From the IMG/VR virus record IMGVR_UViG_3300047546_001496, positions 1 through 64,000 of that record: DNA of 64,000 nt. One strand, written 5' to 3'. This DNA is from a virus. The position numbers were made by a program, and so were the translations under genes. Under the pieces are notes generated by a model. It ran no database searches and was not told where the DNA came from. It worked only from the letters and a program-made list of their open reading frames with translations. Shown piece after piece: positions 41,007-50,458 of this stretch; the stretch's first letter is position 1, and each line of letters begins with the position of its first letter.

Positions 41007-41740
41007 TAGTTGATAAAATTATTATGGCTTCCGTGATAATATTTTATAGGAAGACGCTTATAATCATCTTTATCAAATAAATAGTAGAGGGCCTCCCCCC
41101 ACAAGGGGAGGTCTCCCCATCTATAGATATAAATATTATTTGAATTATCAACTTTTTCTATATATTCTTTTAATTCGTTATTTGCTCTTATTTTATCTAA
41201 ATTAAAACCTACTAAATTTGTATATGGTCCAGATGGACTTTTTGGACCTTTGTCTGTTTTTATATTCTCTAATGAAAAATTGTTTAGTCCTTTTGTAACA
41301 TTATCATTATCAGCAGACCATTCGCCATATACACATACATTATTTTTTAATTCGTCAAAAATATTATCAATGTTGCTTCTTATTAAACAATCATCATCAA
41401 TTCTTAATACTAAATTATATGCATCTAAATATTTTAAAAAATCTATAAACCAAAAATGACACATGTGCCTATATGCCCAACTAAATCCTAAGCCAGACTC
41501 TTTATCAAATTCTATATTATTTATGGGAGTAAACTCTGGTATTGTAATAAAATTTAAACATAAAGATGTTTTAGACCTAATATGTCTTTGATTTTCAAAA
41601 CTAATATTTCCTTCATGAAAAATTAAAATATCATAATTATCATTAATGTTTTCTTCAATAAATTTATTTCTAATTATAAGATTGCCATAGTCATAATTAC
41701 CAGAATAACCTTTGCATAAAGTGATTATTGCTTTTTTCAT
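41003..41740 (-). CDS. glycosyltransferase, GT15 (KRE2-like alpha-mannosyltransferase)-like
   Basis: YRHMCHFW, RIDDD (DxD) and IYIYRWGDLP motifs. Confidence 0.75.
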   Translation of the reverse strand: MKKAIITLCKGYSGNYDYGNLIIRNKFIEENINDNYDILIFHEGNISFENQRHIRSKTSLCLNFITIPEFTPINNIEFDKESGLGFSWAYRHMCHFWFIDFLKYLDAYNLVLRIDDDCLIRSNIDNIFDELKNNVCVYGEWSADNDNVTKGLNNFSLENIKTDKGPKSPSGPYTNLVGFNLDKIRANNELKEYIEKVDNSNNIYIYRWGDLPLWGEALYYLFDKDDYKRLPIKYYHGSHNNFINY

Positions 41741-42693
41741 TAATTTTCTCCTGGTATGTCTATATATTTTATACCATCTAAATTATACATCCAGTGTGGT
41801 CTGTTGCCTTCTATAAAATTAACATTAATTTCTTCTAAACCATCTACTCCATATATAAGTCTTTTATCTATTACTGGACTATATGTTTTTGCAGTTTTAG
41901 ACAAAAAGCATGCCCACCAACTAAAACTACTATTTGCTCTAAATACTGTTCTTGCAAAATATATTTTTAAAAAGTCTTCTAGCCAGTCAAACATTAGTCC
42001 TGGTCTATAGTTAGATCCTTCGGGATATCTCCATCCAAAATTTTCTATTTTTGGCCTATCTAAATGCCAAAGATTTTTATCATCATCTGAGATCCATAAA
42101 ATTTTATTTTTATCAAAATTAAATTTTTCAAAAGCATTAAAGTAAGAATCTTTTGAAATTACAGAATATCCTTGAGTATTATTTTTATTATAATTTACAT
42201 CAGAAATATCTCCTCTTCTTAAATGAGCAACATCATATGTTCCTTGTTTATTGCTCCAATACTTGTATGCTTCTGTATTTTTTACTTCATCTGAAAATTC
42301 AAAAACTTCTAATAAAAAATTTTTTGACATTTTACTATAAACATCAGATCCATAAGCGCATACGCTATCAAAAAATACTGGATCTAAATATTTTGCATAA
42401 TTATATGGAGCCTGTTCAGGATTTATTAAAAATGAATTTGGATAAATATCTTTTACTTTTTTTATTAGTGCATTTCTTGTATGATGTGCTGGATGACTCT
42501 GATTTAACTGATGTCTTAATTCATCATTTTCAGAAACTATATGAAATTGATTTTTAAATAATTTTGTTCCTTCCCAATCTGATGGCAGGACAAACTGAGA
42601 ACCTGTTAATTTATTGTATGTAGCGCCATAAGCATACTGGTGCATTCGATTGCCAAACCTGCCATGCCAATGTGATAAAAGTATAAAAGACAT
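41740..42693 (-). CDS. glycosyltransferase, GT11 alpha-1,2-fucosyltransferase-like
   Basis: GRFGNRMHQYA, HLRRGD, SDD and NSSFSWW motifs. Confidence 0.82.
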   Translation of the reverse strand: MSFILLSHWHGRFGNRMHQYAYGATYNKLTGSQFVLPSDWEGTKLFKNQFHIVSENDELRHQLNQSHPAHHTRNALIKKVKDIYPNSFLINPEQAPYNYAKYLDPVFFDSVCAYGSDVYSKMSKNFLLEVFEFSDEVKNTEAYKYWSNKQGTYDVAHLRRGDISDVNYNKNNTQGYSVISKDSYFNAFEKFNFDKNKILWISDDDKNLWHLDRPKIENFGWRYPEGSNYRPGLMFDWLEDFLKIYFARTVFRANSSFSWWACFLSKTAKTYSPVIDKRLIYGVDGLEEINVNFIEGNRPHWMYNLDGIKYIDIPGEN

Positions 42694-42700
42694 AAGAATA

Positions 42701-43726
42701 TTATATCTTAGACTTTATCCATTCATATGTTTTTGTTATTCCTTCTAATAATGACATAGAATAATCCCAATTTAATTTTTCTCTAATAAGTGTATTGTCT
42801 GAATTTCTACCACGAACTCCAGTTGGTCCATCTATGTGTATTTTATTTAATTTTTTATTTTCTATAGAACATGCAATATCCACTAACTCATTTATTGATA
42901 CACGCTCTTCTGAGCCTATATTAATTGGACCAGTAAAGTTAGATTTCATTAATTGTCTGGTTGCCTCTATACATTCATCAATATATAAAAATGATCTAGT
43001 TTGATTTCCATCTCCCCAAATTTCTATTGAGTCTGTAGCCTGTATTACTTTTCTACATATTGCTGCTGGAGCCTTTTCTTTTCCGCCCTGCCAAGTACCC
43101 TCTGGCCCATATATATTATGATATCTGGCTACTGCAACTGGTATATTATAATTTTTATTGAATGCTAAAAATATTCTTTCACTAAATAATTTTTCCCAAC
43201 CATACTCGCTGTCTGGTTCTGCAGGGTATGCGTCAGACTCTTTTAATCCTAAATTATCAATGTCCATTTGTTTATATTCTGGATATGCACAGGCAGAACT
43301 TGAATAAAATATTTTAGTTTTATTTATTAATTTTTCAGAATTAAGTCTTAGTTGTGCTCTTAACAAATTAAGATTAATTAGTGCAGAATTTTCCATAATG
43401 TTTGCATCATTGTCTCCAGTAAATATATATCCTGCTCCACCCATGTCTGCTGCAAACTGATACACCTCATCAAATGTATCTACTAACTGATATGGTATTT
43501 CTCTATAAAAATTTCCAGAGTATCCTTTAAATTTAATTACCTTTTCCATATTTTCATAATCTGAAAGATCTCTAATGATAAATTCATCAGCCTTCGTTTT
43601 AGAAAATGGTGGCTCTTTAATGTCAACACCTCTAACCCAATAGCCTTCTTCTTTAAGTCTATTTACCATATGGTTTCCAATAAAACCACCAGCGCCTAAG
43701 ACTAATGCTGTCTTCATTGTCATCAC
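42701..43726 (-). CDS. GDP-mannose 3',5'-epimerase-like NAD-dependent epimerase
   Basis: GAGGFIG, AADMGGAG, YSSSACAYP, YGWEK, GGKEKAPAAICRK, GVRGRNSDN. Confidence 0.88.
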   Translation of the reverse strand: MMTMKTALVLGAGGFIGNHMVNRLKEEGYWVRGVDIKEPPFSKTKADEFIIRDLSDYENMEKVIKFKGYSGNFYREIPYQLVDTFDEVYQFAADMGGAGYIFTGDNDANIMENSALINLNLLRAQLRLNSEKLINKTKIFYSSSACAYPEYKQMDIDNLGLKESDAYPAEPDSEYGWEKLFSERIFLAFNKNYNIPVAVARYHNIYGPEGTWQGGKEKAPAAICRKVIQATDSIEIWGDGNQTRSFLYIDECIEATRQLMKSNFTGPINIGSEERVSINELVDIACSIENKKLNKIHIDGPTGVRGRNSDNTLIREKLNWDYSMSLLEGITKTYEWIKSKI

Positions 43727-44277
43727 ATCGATTCTTTATCTTTTTCTTTTCTTATATGGGTATATAAATATTCTGGTCCTTCTGTAAAATACCAATGATC
43801 TGGCTTACAATAAAATAAAAATATATTACAAACCATATTATTATCTGGATCTGTAAATTCTTCTCTCCAGTGTTCTTGATCATTACCGTATGTCATTAAT
43901 GCATCATTTTCCATTAATGTGTATGGCTTTCCCTCTACCCATAAATCCCAAGGTGTCTTTTGAAATACACAAAAGTTGATATGGTATGTACAAGCATTAT
44001 CATCTTTATGCTTCCAGAGTTTTGCATCTTTACCCTCGTAAATTGACATTAAGCACCAGGAAGGTAGTATGTCGTCTTCTTCAAAATGTTCTCTTGCTAA
44101 ATCTAATAACTTATTATGTAAATCTTTAAGTTCTTCTGTGTTAGCCCATTGATGTCTGCCAAAAGAATTATCATAATTTGGCTGTGTTGACCACATCCTC
44201 ATGGCATATTGTTGTATTTTTTTTAAATCTTCTGCAGGCAAAATTGTTTTAACAATTTCAGGTTCTTTAATCTTCAT
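43723..44277 (-). CDS. 2OG-Fe(II) oxygenase (divergent family)
   Basis: LWKHKD...EHWRE metal-binding triad; cupin-like strand pattern. Confidence 0.7.
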   Translation of the reverse strand: MKIKEPEIVKTILPAEDLKKIQQYAMRMWSTQPNYDNSFGRHQWANTEELKDLHNKLLDLAREHFEEDDILPSWCLMSIYEGKDAKLWKHKDDNACTYHINFCVFQKTPWDLWVEGKPYTLMENDALMTYGNDQEHWREEFTDPDNNMVCNIFLFYCKPDHWYFTEGPEYLYTHIRKEKDKESM

Positions 44278-44278
44278 C

Positions 44279-44518
44279 TTACCATTTTCCTATAGGACAT
44301 GTTGCTTTTTCTAATTTTGTTTTTGCTACCATAAAACAACCACATTTTTTACATTGTTTAGTTAATTTAATTAATTCTGGACATTGCTTACATATAGAAT
44401 ATCTTTCTTCTGCTACCTCGTCAGATGCCCACTCTGTTTCTGGATTAACCAAATCCCATGGCCTTGTATCTCCAAGATTTTCTTTATATTTTTGCCATGC
44501 AGTTTTCTTTTCTGACAT
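44279..44518 (-). CDS. small Cys-rich protein (DUF6171-like)
   Basis: CxxC...CKKCGCF...K...CPIGKW; paralogue of 54661..54861. Confidence 0.7.
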   Translation of the reverse strand: MSEKKTAWQKYKENLGDTRPWDLVNPETEWASDEVAEERYSICKQCPELIKLTKQCKKCGCFMVAKTKLEKATCPIGKW

Positions 44519-44556
44519 AAAACTCCTTATTTTTATAAGTATTTATACATTATACA

Positions 44557-46137
44557 CTAACAAGCGCAATCTTGTCCAGGGCAGCAAACATTACATCTCC
44601 AGCAGTATCCGCAGGTACATGGACCAGTCGGTGTCGGTGTTGGTGTCGGTGATGGTGGGAAATACGGGAATGATGGTCCGACAGGTTCAAATGTTGGGAA
44701 GAACGGCGGGAAGAATGGGAAGTAAGGGAAGAATGGGAAGAACGGCGGGAAGAATGGGAAGTAAGGGAAGAATGGGAAGAACGGCGGGAAGAATGGGAAG
44801 TAAGGGAAGAATGGGAAGAACGGGAATGAAGGACCAGGTGCTGTTGTAAAACATTCTCCTAAACTACTATCCCAATAATATCCGCAAGCCTGGCATCCAC
44901 TTTGTGTTAATAACCATATATTTTCAGGAGCACATTGATTTGTAGGTGTTGGCGTAGGAGTAGGAGTTGGTGTAGGAGTAGGAGTTGGTGTAGGAGTTGG
45001 GGTTGGAGTAGGTGTAGGTGTTGGGGTTGGTGTAGGTGTAGGAGTTGGGGTAGGTGTAGGTGTTGGGGTAGGTGTTGGGGTAGGTGTTGGCGTAGGTGTT
45101 GGGGTAGGTGTTGTGCAAGATGGTGTTCCAGATTGAGGGGTAGATCCGCAAACCCATCCTATTGGAGGATAGCCGTTTGCATTTTCTTGCGTTGTGTACA
45201 AAGTAGCGCAATCAATATTAAATGGTCCAAAAGGTCCTTGTGGAGATCCATTTAACGCACAATATCCATAGTAGTTAGTAACAGAAACTGGTGTAGGTGT
45301 CGGAGTTGGAGTAGGTGTCGGAGATGGAGTTGGTGTCGGAGTAGGTGTTGGAGTTGGAGTAGGTGTCGGAGTTGGTGTCGGAGTTGGTGTCGGTGTTGGT
45401 GTTGGTGTAGGTGTTGGTGTCGGTGTTGGAGTTGGTGTTGGGTTTGAAGGCATTACGCATTCTCCCAACTGTTCATCCCAGACCAATCCACACTGAGCAC
45501 ATTGTGACGAACTTAATAAACTCCAGTCTCCATCACATATACTGGTTGGAGTAGGTGTTGGTGTCGGTGTCGGGGTAGGCGTTGGTGTTGGTGTCGGGGT
45601 AGGAGTTGGTGTTGGGGTTGGAGTTGAACTACACCCAATACCCTCATAGAACATTAATCCAGAAGAACCGTCTGAACACTTATACCATTTTTGTTGATAA
45701 TTGCTACATCCTGGGCAAGATCCGTCTGGACATGATCCAATATAAATACCGCCACTAACTACGCCATATGTAGCATCATTTGGACAAATTACTGTCGGAG
45801 TTGGAGTAGGAGTTGGTGTTGGCGTAGGAGTAGGAGTTGGTGTAGGAGTTGGGGTTGGAGTAGGTGTAGGTGTTGGGGTTGGTGTAGGTGTAGGAGTTGG
45901 AGTAGGTGTAGGTGCACAACTTGCAGTTCCTTCAGATACAGTTGCACCGCAAGCCCATCCATTTGGCGGGTATCCATTTGTATAATCAAACTCATTATAC
46001 AAAGTATTGCAAAGAGAAGTTACTCTATCTTGCTCTGTAGTTCCTTGTACATTTCTAGATGTATTATACGGACCAACTAATTGATATGTTCCTTGATCAC
46101 AATAGGAGTACCAAACCCCCGTTAGATAAAAGGTGAA
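44557..46137 (-). CDS. C-terminal part of (Pro-Thr)n / Cys-module / PFF-repeat fibre protein (in the -1 frame of 46122..47588)
   Basis: Frame is open from 46137 with no ATG; [18 protein letters not shown]... upstream of the annotated TTG (46002) is homologous to a module in 46122..47588. Confidence 0.75.
   Translation of the reverse strand, partial: FTFYLTGVWYSYCDQGTYQLVGPYNTSRNVQGTTEQDRVTSLCNTLYNEFDYTNGYPPNGWACGATVSEGTASCAPTPTPTPTPTPTPTPTPTPTPTPTPTPTPTPTPTPTPTPTVICPNDATYGVVSGGIYIGSCPDGSCPGCSNYQQKWYKCSDGSSGLMFYEGIGCSSTPTPTPTPTPTPTPTPTPTPTPTPTPTSICDGDWSLLSSSQCAQCGLVWDEQLGECVMPSNPTPTPTPTPTPTPTPTPTPTPTPTPTPTPTPTPTPTPTPSPTPTPTPTPTPVSVTNYYGYCALNGSPQGPFGPFNIDCATLYTTQENANGYPPIGWVCGSTPQSGTPSCTTPTPTPTPTPTPTPTPTPTPTPTPTPTPTPTPTPTPTPTPTPTPTPTPTPTPTPTPTNQCAPENIWLLTQSGCQACGYYWDSSLGECFTTAPGPSFPFFPFFPYFPFFPPFFPFFPYFPFFPPFFPFFPYFPFFPPFFPTFEPVGPSFPYFPPSPTPTPTPTGPCTCGYCWRCNVCCPGQDCAC
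44695..44826 (-). repeat. second [13 protein letters not shown] 39-bp tandem array (about 3 units)
   Basis: GAACGGCGGGAAGAATGGGAAGTAAGGGAAGAATGGGAA units. Confidence 0.9.
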
Positions 46138-46952
46138 CTACACTGTCCTCCAGACCATGTATATCCACAACTTGTACATTGAGTTGAATTAGTTATGCTA
46201 CCCGCATTCTCTGGATCTGGACATGTCAACGTGGGGGTCGGTGTCGGAGTTGGAGTTGGAGTAGGGGTAGGTGTTGGTGTCGGTGTTGGTGTTGGGGTTC
46301 CTCCACATGATAGTGTTGGAATTGTTCCAGAAACTCCAGACTGTGTTTGTGTAATAGAACCTCCAGAACATTGTGAATTCATAGAAGCATAAGCCTCAGT
46401 AAATCCAGAACTACTTATTCCAGTTACTTGAGATCCAGTAGTGCTACAGCATCCTGTTGCCCAATATTGATTACCTACTGGTGTAGGAGTAGGTGTAGGT
46501 GTAGGTGTTGGAGTTGGGGTAGGTGTTCCTCCACAACTTGCAGTTCCTGCTGCTTGTGTTGCTCCACAAGCCCATCCATTTGGTGGATATCCGTTTGTAT
46601 AATCCCACTCATTGTAAAGATTATTACATATTGAAGAAACTGTGCCTACTGCTGAATAAGAGTATGGTCCTGATAATTGATAAGTTCCTTGATCACACCA
46701 ACTGTACCATACCGTCGTTTGGCTAGATGTAGGTGTTGGGGTAGGAGTAGGTGTTGGGGTTGGTGTTGGGGTAGGTGTAGGGGTTGGAGTAGGTGTTGGG
46801 GTAGGTGTAGGTGTAGGAGTTGGAGTTGGCGTAGGATTAAAGAATGGGAATGATGGATTAAAGAATGGGAATGATGGTGGTGTAGGAGATGGAGTAGGCG
46901 TAGGTGTTGGAGTAGGTGTTGGGGTTGGTGTGGGAGTTGGTGTCGGGGTAGG
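44940..46952 (-). repeat. multiple (Pro-Thr)n hexanucleotide arrays
   Basis: About eight GGxGTx tracts encoding PTPTPT linkers of up to about 55 aa between Cys-rich modules. Confidence 0.9.
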
Positions 46953-47588
46953 CGAAGAAGATTCTGCTATATCACCATAAGTAATCCATGTATCTGAACC
47001 TAATTTAAGTAAAGTTATTTTTCCATATTGGGCATCAATAGAGGCAGTTCCACCTTTTGCATAAACGGTTACTCCTGGGACACCAGAAACTGTAACATTT
47101 CCAGTACCCATTCTAATAATATTTATTTTTTGTCCAACTATAAATGGAGTTGTGCTATTTAATGGAATAGAAATTGTTGTATTGGTTGCAGAATTAACAG
47201 TTATTGTTTTACCTGGATCTGAAATAGCAATTGTATAGTTTTCGTCTTTAGAGACAAATGTTTCTGTGTCTAGTAATCCAATCCATTGTGTGCCATTGTA
47301 AATTTGTAGTTGATCTATATCGGTTCCACTATCGGTTTGTCTAACAAAACAAATAATACCTTTTTGTGGATTTGTAATTGCAGCATCTCTAGCAGTAGGA
47401 TTTAAAAATAAATTAACGCCACCCTTTGCACGAATAACATCATTAAAGGTTACTGGTTGTCCGAATGTATGAACTTGTGTCCATGTATATGGAACATTTG
47501 TATTCGCAACACCAGCAAGTGCATACCACTTTTCAGTTGCAGAGTCATATGCATATACTACTTTACTACCTGGAGCGATTTGTGCCAT
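46122..47588 (-). CDS. fibre-like protein, N-terminal part, with (PT)n linkers and Cys-rich modules
   Basis: TWITYGD domain homologous to the C-terminus of 33987..36587, followed by PT repeats and PSFPFFN repeats. Confidence 0.8.
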   Translation of the reverse strand: MAQIAPGSKVVYAYDSATEKWYALAGVANTNVPYTWTQVHTFGQPVTFNDVIRAKGGVNLFLNPTARDAAITNPQKGIICFVRQTDSGTDIDQLQIYNGTQWIGLLDTETFVSKDENYTIAISDPGKTITVNSATNTTISIPLNSTTPFIVGQKINIIRMGTGNVTVSGVPGVTVYAKGGTASIDAQYGKITLLKLGSDTWITYGDIAESSSPTPTPTPTPTPTPTPTPTPTPSPTPPSFPFFNPSFPFFNPTPTPTPTPTPTPTPTPTPTPTPTPTPTPTPTPTPTSSQTTVWYSWCDQGTYQLSGPYSYSAVGTVSSICNNLYNEWDYTNGYPPNGWACGATQAAGTASCGGTPTPTPTPTPTPTPTPVGNQYWATGCCSTTGSQVTGISSSGFTEAYASMNSQCSGGSITQTQSGVSGTIPTLSCGGTPTPTPTPTPTPTPTPTPTPTPTLTCPDPENAGSITNSTQCTSCGYTWSGGQCSSPFI

Positions 47589-47589
47589 T

Positions 47590-48660
47590 TTAGATTTCCT
47601 CCACTATAAAAGTATCGGAAGTTAATCCAAACTGTTGTGTAATTGTATTAGCAGAATATCCTACAGGAGTTATATTTAAAATTCTATATGTAATTGTATC
47701 TCCAGTTGTTGCTCCATGTGCGTCAATCCAAACAAAGTTAGATGTAACCAATTCTTTTGGAACAAGTCCAATTTGTACTGTTTCATAAGATCCTGTGTTT
47801 ATTTTTCTTTGTAGTCCTACAAACGCTGGAACAGATGTATCTGTAGTAGGCCTTAGTAATCCAGAAAAAGTAATTCTAGTTGTTGTTGATGATGTTGTTT
47901 TTACAACTTGAGCCTGTATTGATGATCCTAAAATTGTTTTTAATGTATCGTTTTCATTAACACCATTTGTCATAACGCTTGGATCTACTGGTGGATTAAT
48001 TCCGTATGGCCCCTCTACTGGTGTTCCATAAATAACTCTTGCTGTATTTTTATTAATTTCATAATCTTGAGATGCCCAGGTAATTCCAAGCGGGGATGTA
48101 GAATCAACTGTCAAAACTTTACCATTATCTCCAGCAGACAATATATCAGTAGATCCTTGTGCAGATCCTACTAGGAGGTCTCCCTTTGCTTGAGTATATG
48201 TACCAATCTTTCTAAATCCCCCGTCATCATAAACATAAATATCTCGGTTTGGAGAATCTTTGTCTACCCATAGAACACCGTTTGTAAGGTTTTGGGATGG
48301 TGCATCATTTTGATATATTGCTACGCCATATGTGGTTTGTACTGCTAGTCCACTTGAGTCAGAAGCAATTGCTATATATCCATCAGTTGGAGAAGATACT
48401 GCCTGTATTTCTGAAAGTGTAAGAAAATCTGATCCAATGCCTAGGGTTTCTTGTGCAGTAACTCTATCGCTTAGTTCCTGTAAATGTTTTGCTACACCGC
48501 TACCAGCGAGAACTGCTGCTTTTTGTGCTGATGAAGATTGTGATGTATCAAAAGTATAACTACCATATAGGAATAGTTTAAGCGCAGCCTGTATATCTGC
48601 TGTATCATCATAACCTGGTTGTTTTACATTCCAGATTCCGCCAATGTCTTCTGCTGCCAC
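47590..48660 (-). CDS. virion structural/fibre protein
   Basis: PGYDDTADIQAALKLFLYG N-terminus; LWVDKD and KGDLLVG fibre motifs. Confidence 0.6.
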   Translation of the reverse strand: MAAEDIGGIWNVKQPGYDDTADIQAALKLFLYGSYTFDTSQSSSAQKAAVLAGSGVAKHLQELSDRVTAQETLGIGSDFLTLSEIQAVSSPTDGYIAIASDSSGLAVQTTYGVAIYQNDAPSQNLTNGVLWVDKDSPNRDIYVYDDGGFRKIGTYTQAKGDLLVGSAQGSTDILSAGDNGKVLTVDSTSPLGITWASQDYEINKNTARVIYGTPVEGPYGINPPVDPSVMTNGVNENDTLKTILGSSIQAQVVKTTSSTTTRITFSGLLRPTTDTSVPAFVGLQRKINTGSYETVQIGLVPKELVTSNFVWIDAHGATTGDTITYRILNITPVGYSANTITQQFGLTSDTFIVEEI

Positions 48661-48677
48661 CTAGATCACCCCCTCGA

Positions 48678-49262
48678 TTATACCACCGAAATATGAAGGT
48701 TGGCTGTACGGGGTCCAGAGATATCAACCCAGTCGGTACCATCAAATTCTTTTGCATAAAATGTTATTTTTAAATTTTCAACTGAATTAAGAGAAACTAT
48801 TTCTGTTTTTATTGAACTTACTATTGGTAAACCTGCTGATGTTGCAAAAGTTACATTAACACTAAAGTTTGAAGCATCTGTATTTCCTACATAAGATGGA
48901 TCAACTATTGCTGTAACTGGTATATGTACATAATTAACAGAATTAAAATCAATACTTGTATTTGCAGAATAAGTATTTGGAATAAGTTTTGTAATTTCTT
49001 GCCACTGTAATCCAGTTAGTCCTGGCATATAAGAATAAATCATTAAATATTTATTGTCTGGATCAGACTTTAGCATATTGATATAAAGATCAAATGCTTT
49101 TGGTGTTTGTCCAATTGTTAGTTCACTTGGGCTACCGTTGCCAACAAATATTAAACTTCCTCTTTCACCTTCTGGACCGTAGTCGAGTTCTATATTTAAT
49201 TCTTGTGGTCCACCTAAAACAATTAAATCATCATTAGTTAACAAAACATCATAGTCTGACAT
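48678..49262 (-). CDS. virion structural protein
   Basis: GPEGERGS motif; located in fibre/baseplate block. Confidence 0.55.
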   Translation of the reverse strand: MSDYDVLLTNDDLIVLGGPQELNIELDYGPEGERGSLIFVGNGSPSELTIGQTPKAFDLYINMLKSDPDNKYLMIYSYMPGLTGLQWQEITKLIPNTYSANTSIDFNSVNYVHIPVTAIVDPSYVGNTDASNFSVNVTFATSAGLPIVSSIKTEIVSLNSVENLKITFYAKEFDGTDWVDISGPRTANLHISVV

Positions 49263-49702
49263 TATGGGGTAACCTGTCCTTGTACTGTTATTGTTCCAGT
49301 AAGAACTGTTGTAATGATTGGAAATTGTAATGCGCCTGGATCTGTAGATCCATTTGTTGGTCTTGTAATCTGAACATCATAAACATATTCTGTTCCTGGA
49401 GTTAAATATTGAGAATCCCCATCTTCGCCACCACGAATTGCACAATTAATATATTTTTTGTCAGAAGAAATCCATGCTGCTGCCTCATGCCAATTTGTTG
49501 ATCCTCTACTAGGTGCAAATGTAAAAGTTACAGCGTCATATGGAACATTTGGTGTTGATGGATTATTATCATCATCATAAGATCCACCACCAGTATATGG
49601 AGTTAAGTTAAATGCACTGCCATCAGCATTCTTTGGATAAATGCGAAACTGAAAGGTATCACCCTTATAATAGTTAATGTTGTATGTGCCTGGAAATGCC
49701 AT
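49262..49702 (-). CDS. BppU-N-like protein
   Basis: YKGDTFQFRIY...YVYDVQI...LTGTITV. Confidence 0.55.
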   Translation of the reverse strand: MAFPGTYNINYYKGDTFQFRIYPKNADGSAFNLTPYTGGGSYDDDNNPSTPNVPYDAVTFTFAPSRGSTNWHEAAAWISSDKKYINCAIRGGEDGDSQYLTPGTEYVYDVQITRPTNGSTDPGALQFPIITTVLTGTITVQGQVTP

Positions 49703-49718
49703 GAGTCCTCCTCGTAAA

Positions 49719-50438
49719 TTATATCACAGATACATATATTGAATTCATTAAAACTGATGAATCGTAGTCTGCTCTGATTTGCGGTACTGCTCCAGAAGAC
49801 CACATAGATTCGTCCTCAATAAAGAAATGCTGTGTAACATACATATTGTAAACATACTGATATTTTAGTGATGCTACATACTGTGAAATTTCGGTGGTAG
49901 ATTTAGGAAAAAGCGTTCTAATCCAAACCTCTGTATTATTACTATAAGTAGTAAGTTCAAAATTGTATGTTACAAATACTTGGGATCCTACCTTAAGCCC
50001 GTGAAAATTAAGCATTCTTTGGTGCTCGTTCCAAAGACTAGTGCATCCTTCTGGTAAATATTTTTCGTTTGTATTACTGCCCTTCGAATCTACCCAGACA
50101 CTAACCCACCCATCTTCACCCTGGTTTGCACCTAATCTTATTTCATTTCTATTTTTATTAAAATATGCTCCCCATCCCGCTTGTTGTCCAGATGAAGACA
50201 AAGAACTCTCACCGTCTTTTCCAGGAGTGCCTCTCTCGCCCTTTGGACCCTTCTCTCCGTCCTTACCAGCAGGTCCTTGAGGTCCAGGTATACCCGCAGG
50301 TCCTTGAGGCCCCATTGGGCCAGGGACAGGAACATAATTAATTAATACATCAGTATTAGTATTTTGAGTCTCTACAACTTGTGCAGCATAACTTGATTTT
50401 TTGCTTGATGGGAAATCCATGGATTTAGACATAGCCAT
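49719..50438 (-). CDS. collagen-like (Gly-X-Y) fibre protein
   Basis: About 13 Gly-X-Y triplets, GPMGPQGPAGIPGPQ...GKDGE. Confidence 0.8.
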   Translation of the reverse strand: MAMSKSMDFPSSKKSSYAAQVVETQNTNTDVLINYVPVPGPMGPQGPAGIPGPQGPAGKDGEKGPKGERGTPGKDGESSLSSSGQQAGWGAYFNKNRNEIRLGANQGEDGWVSVWVDSKGSNTNEKYLPEGCTSLWNEHQRMLNFHGLKVGSQVFVTYNFELTTYSNNTEVWIRTLFPKSTTEISQYVASLKYQYVYNMYVTQHFFIEDESMWSSGAVPQIRADYDSSVLMNSIYVSVI

Positions 50439-50458
50439 GGGGTAATTATCTCACAATA

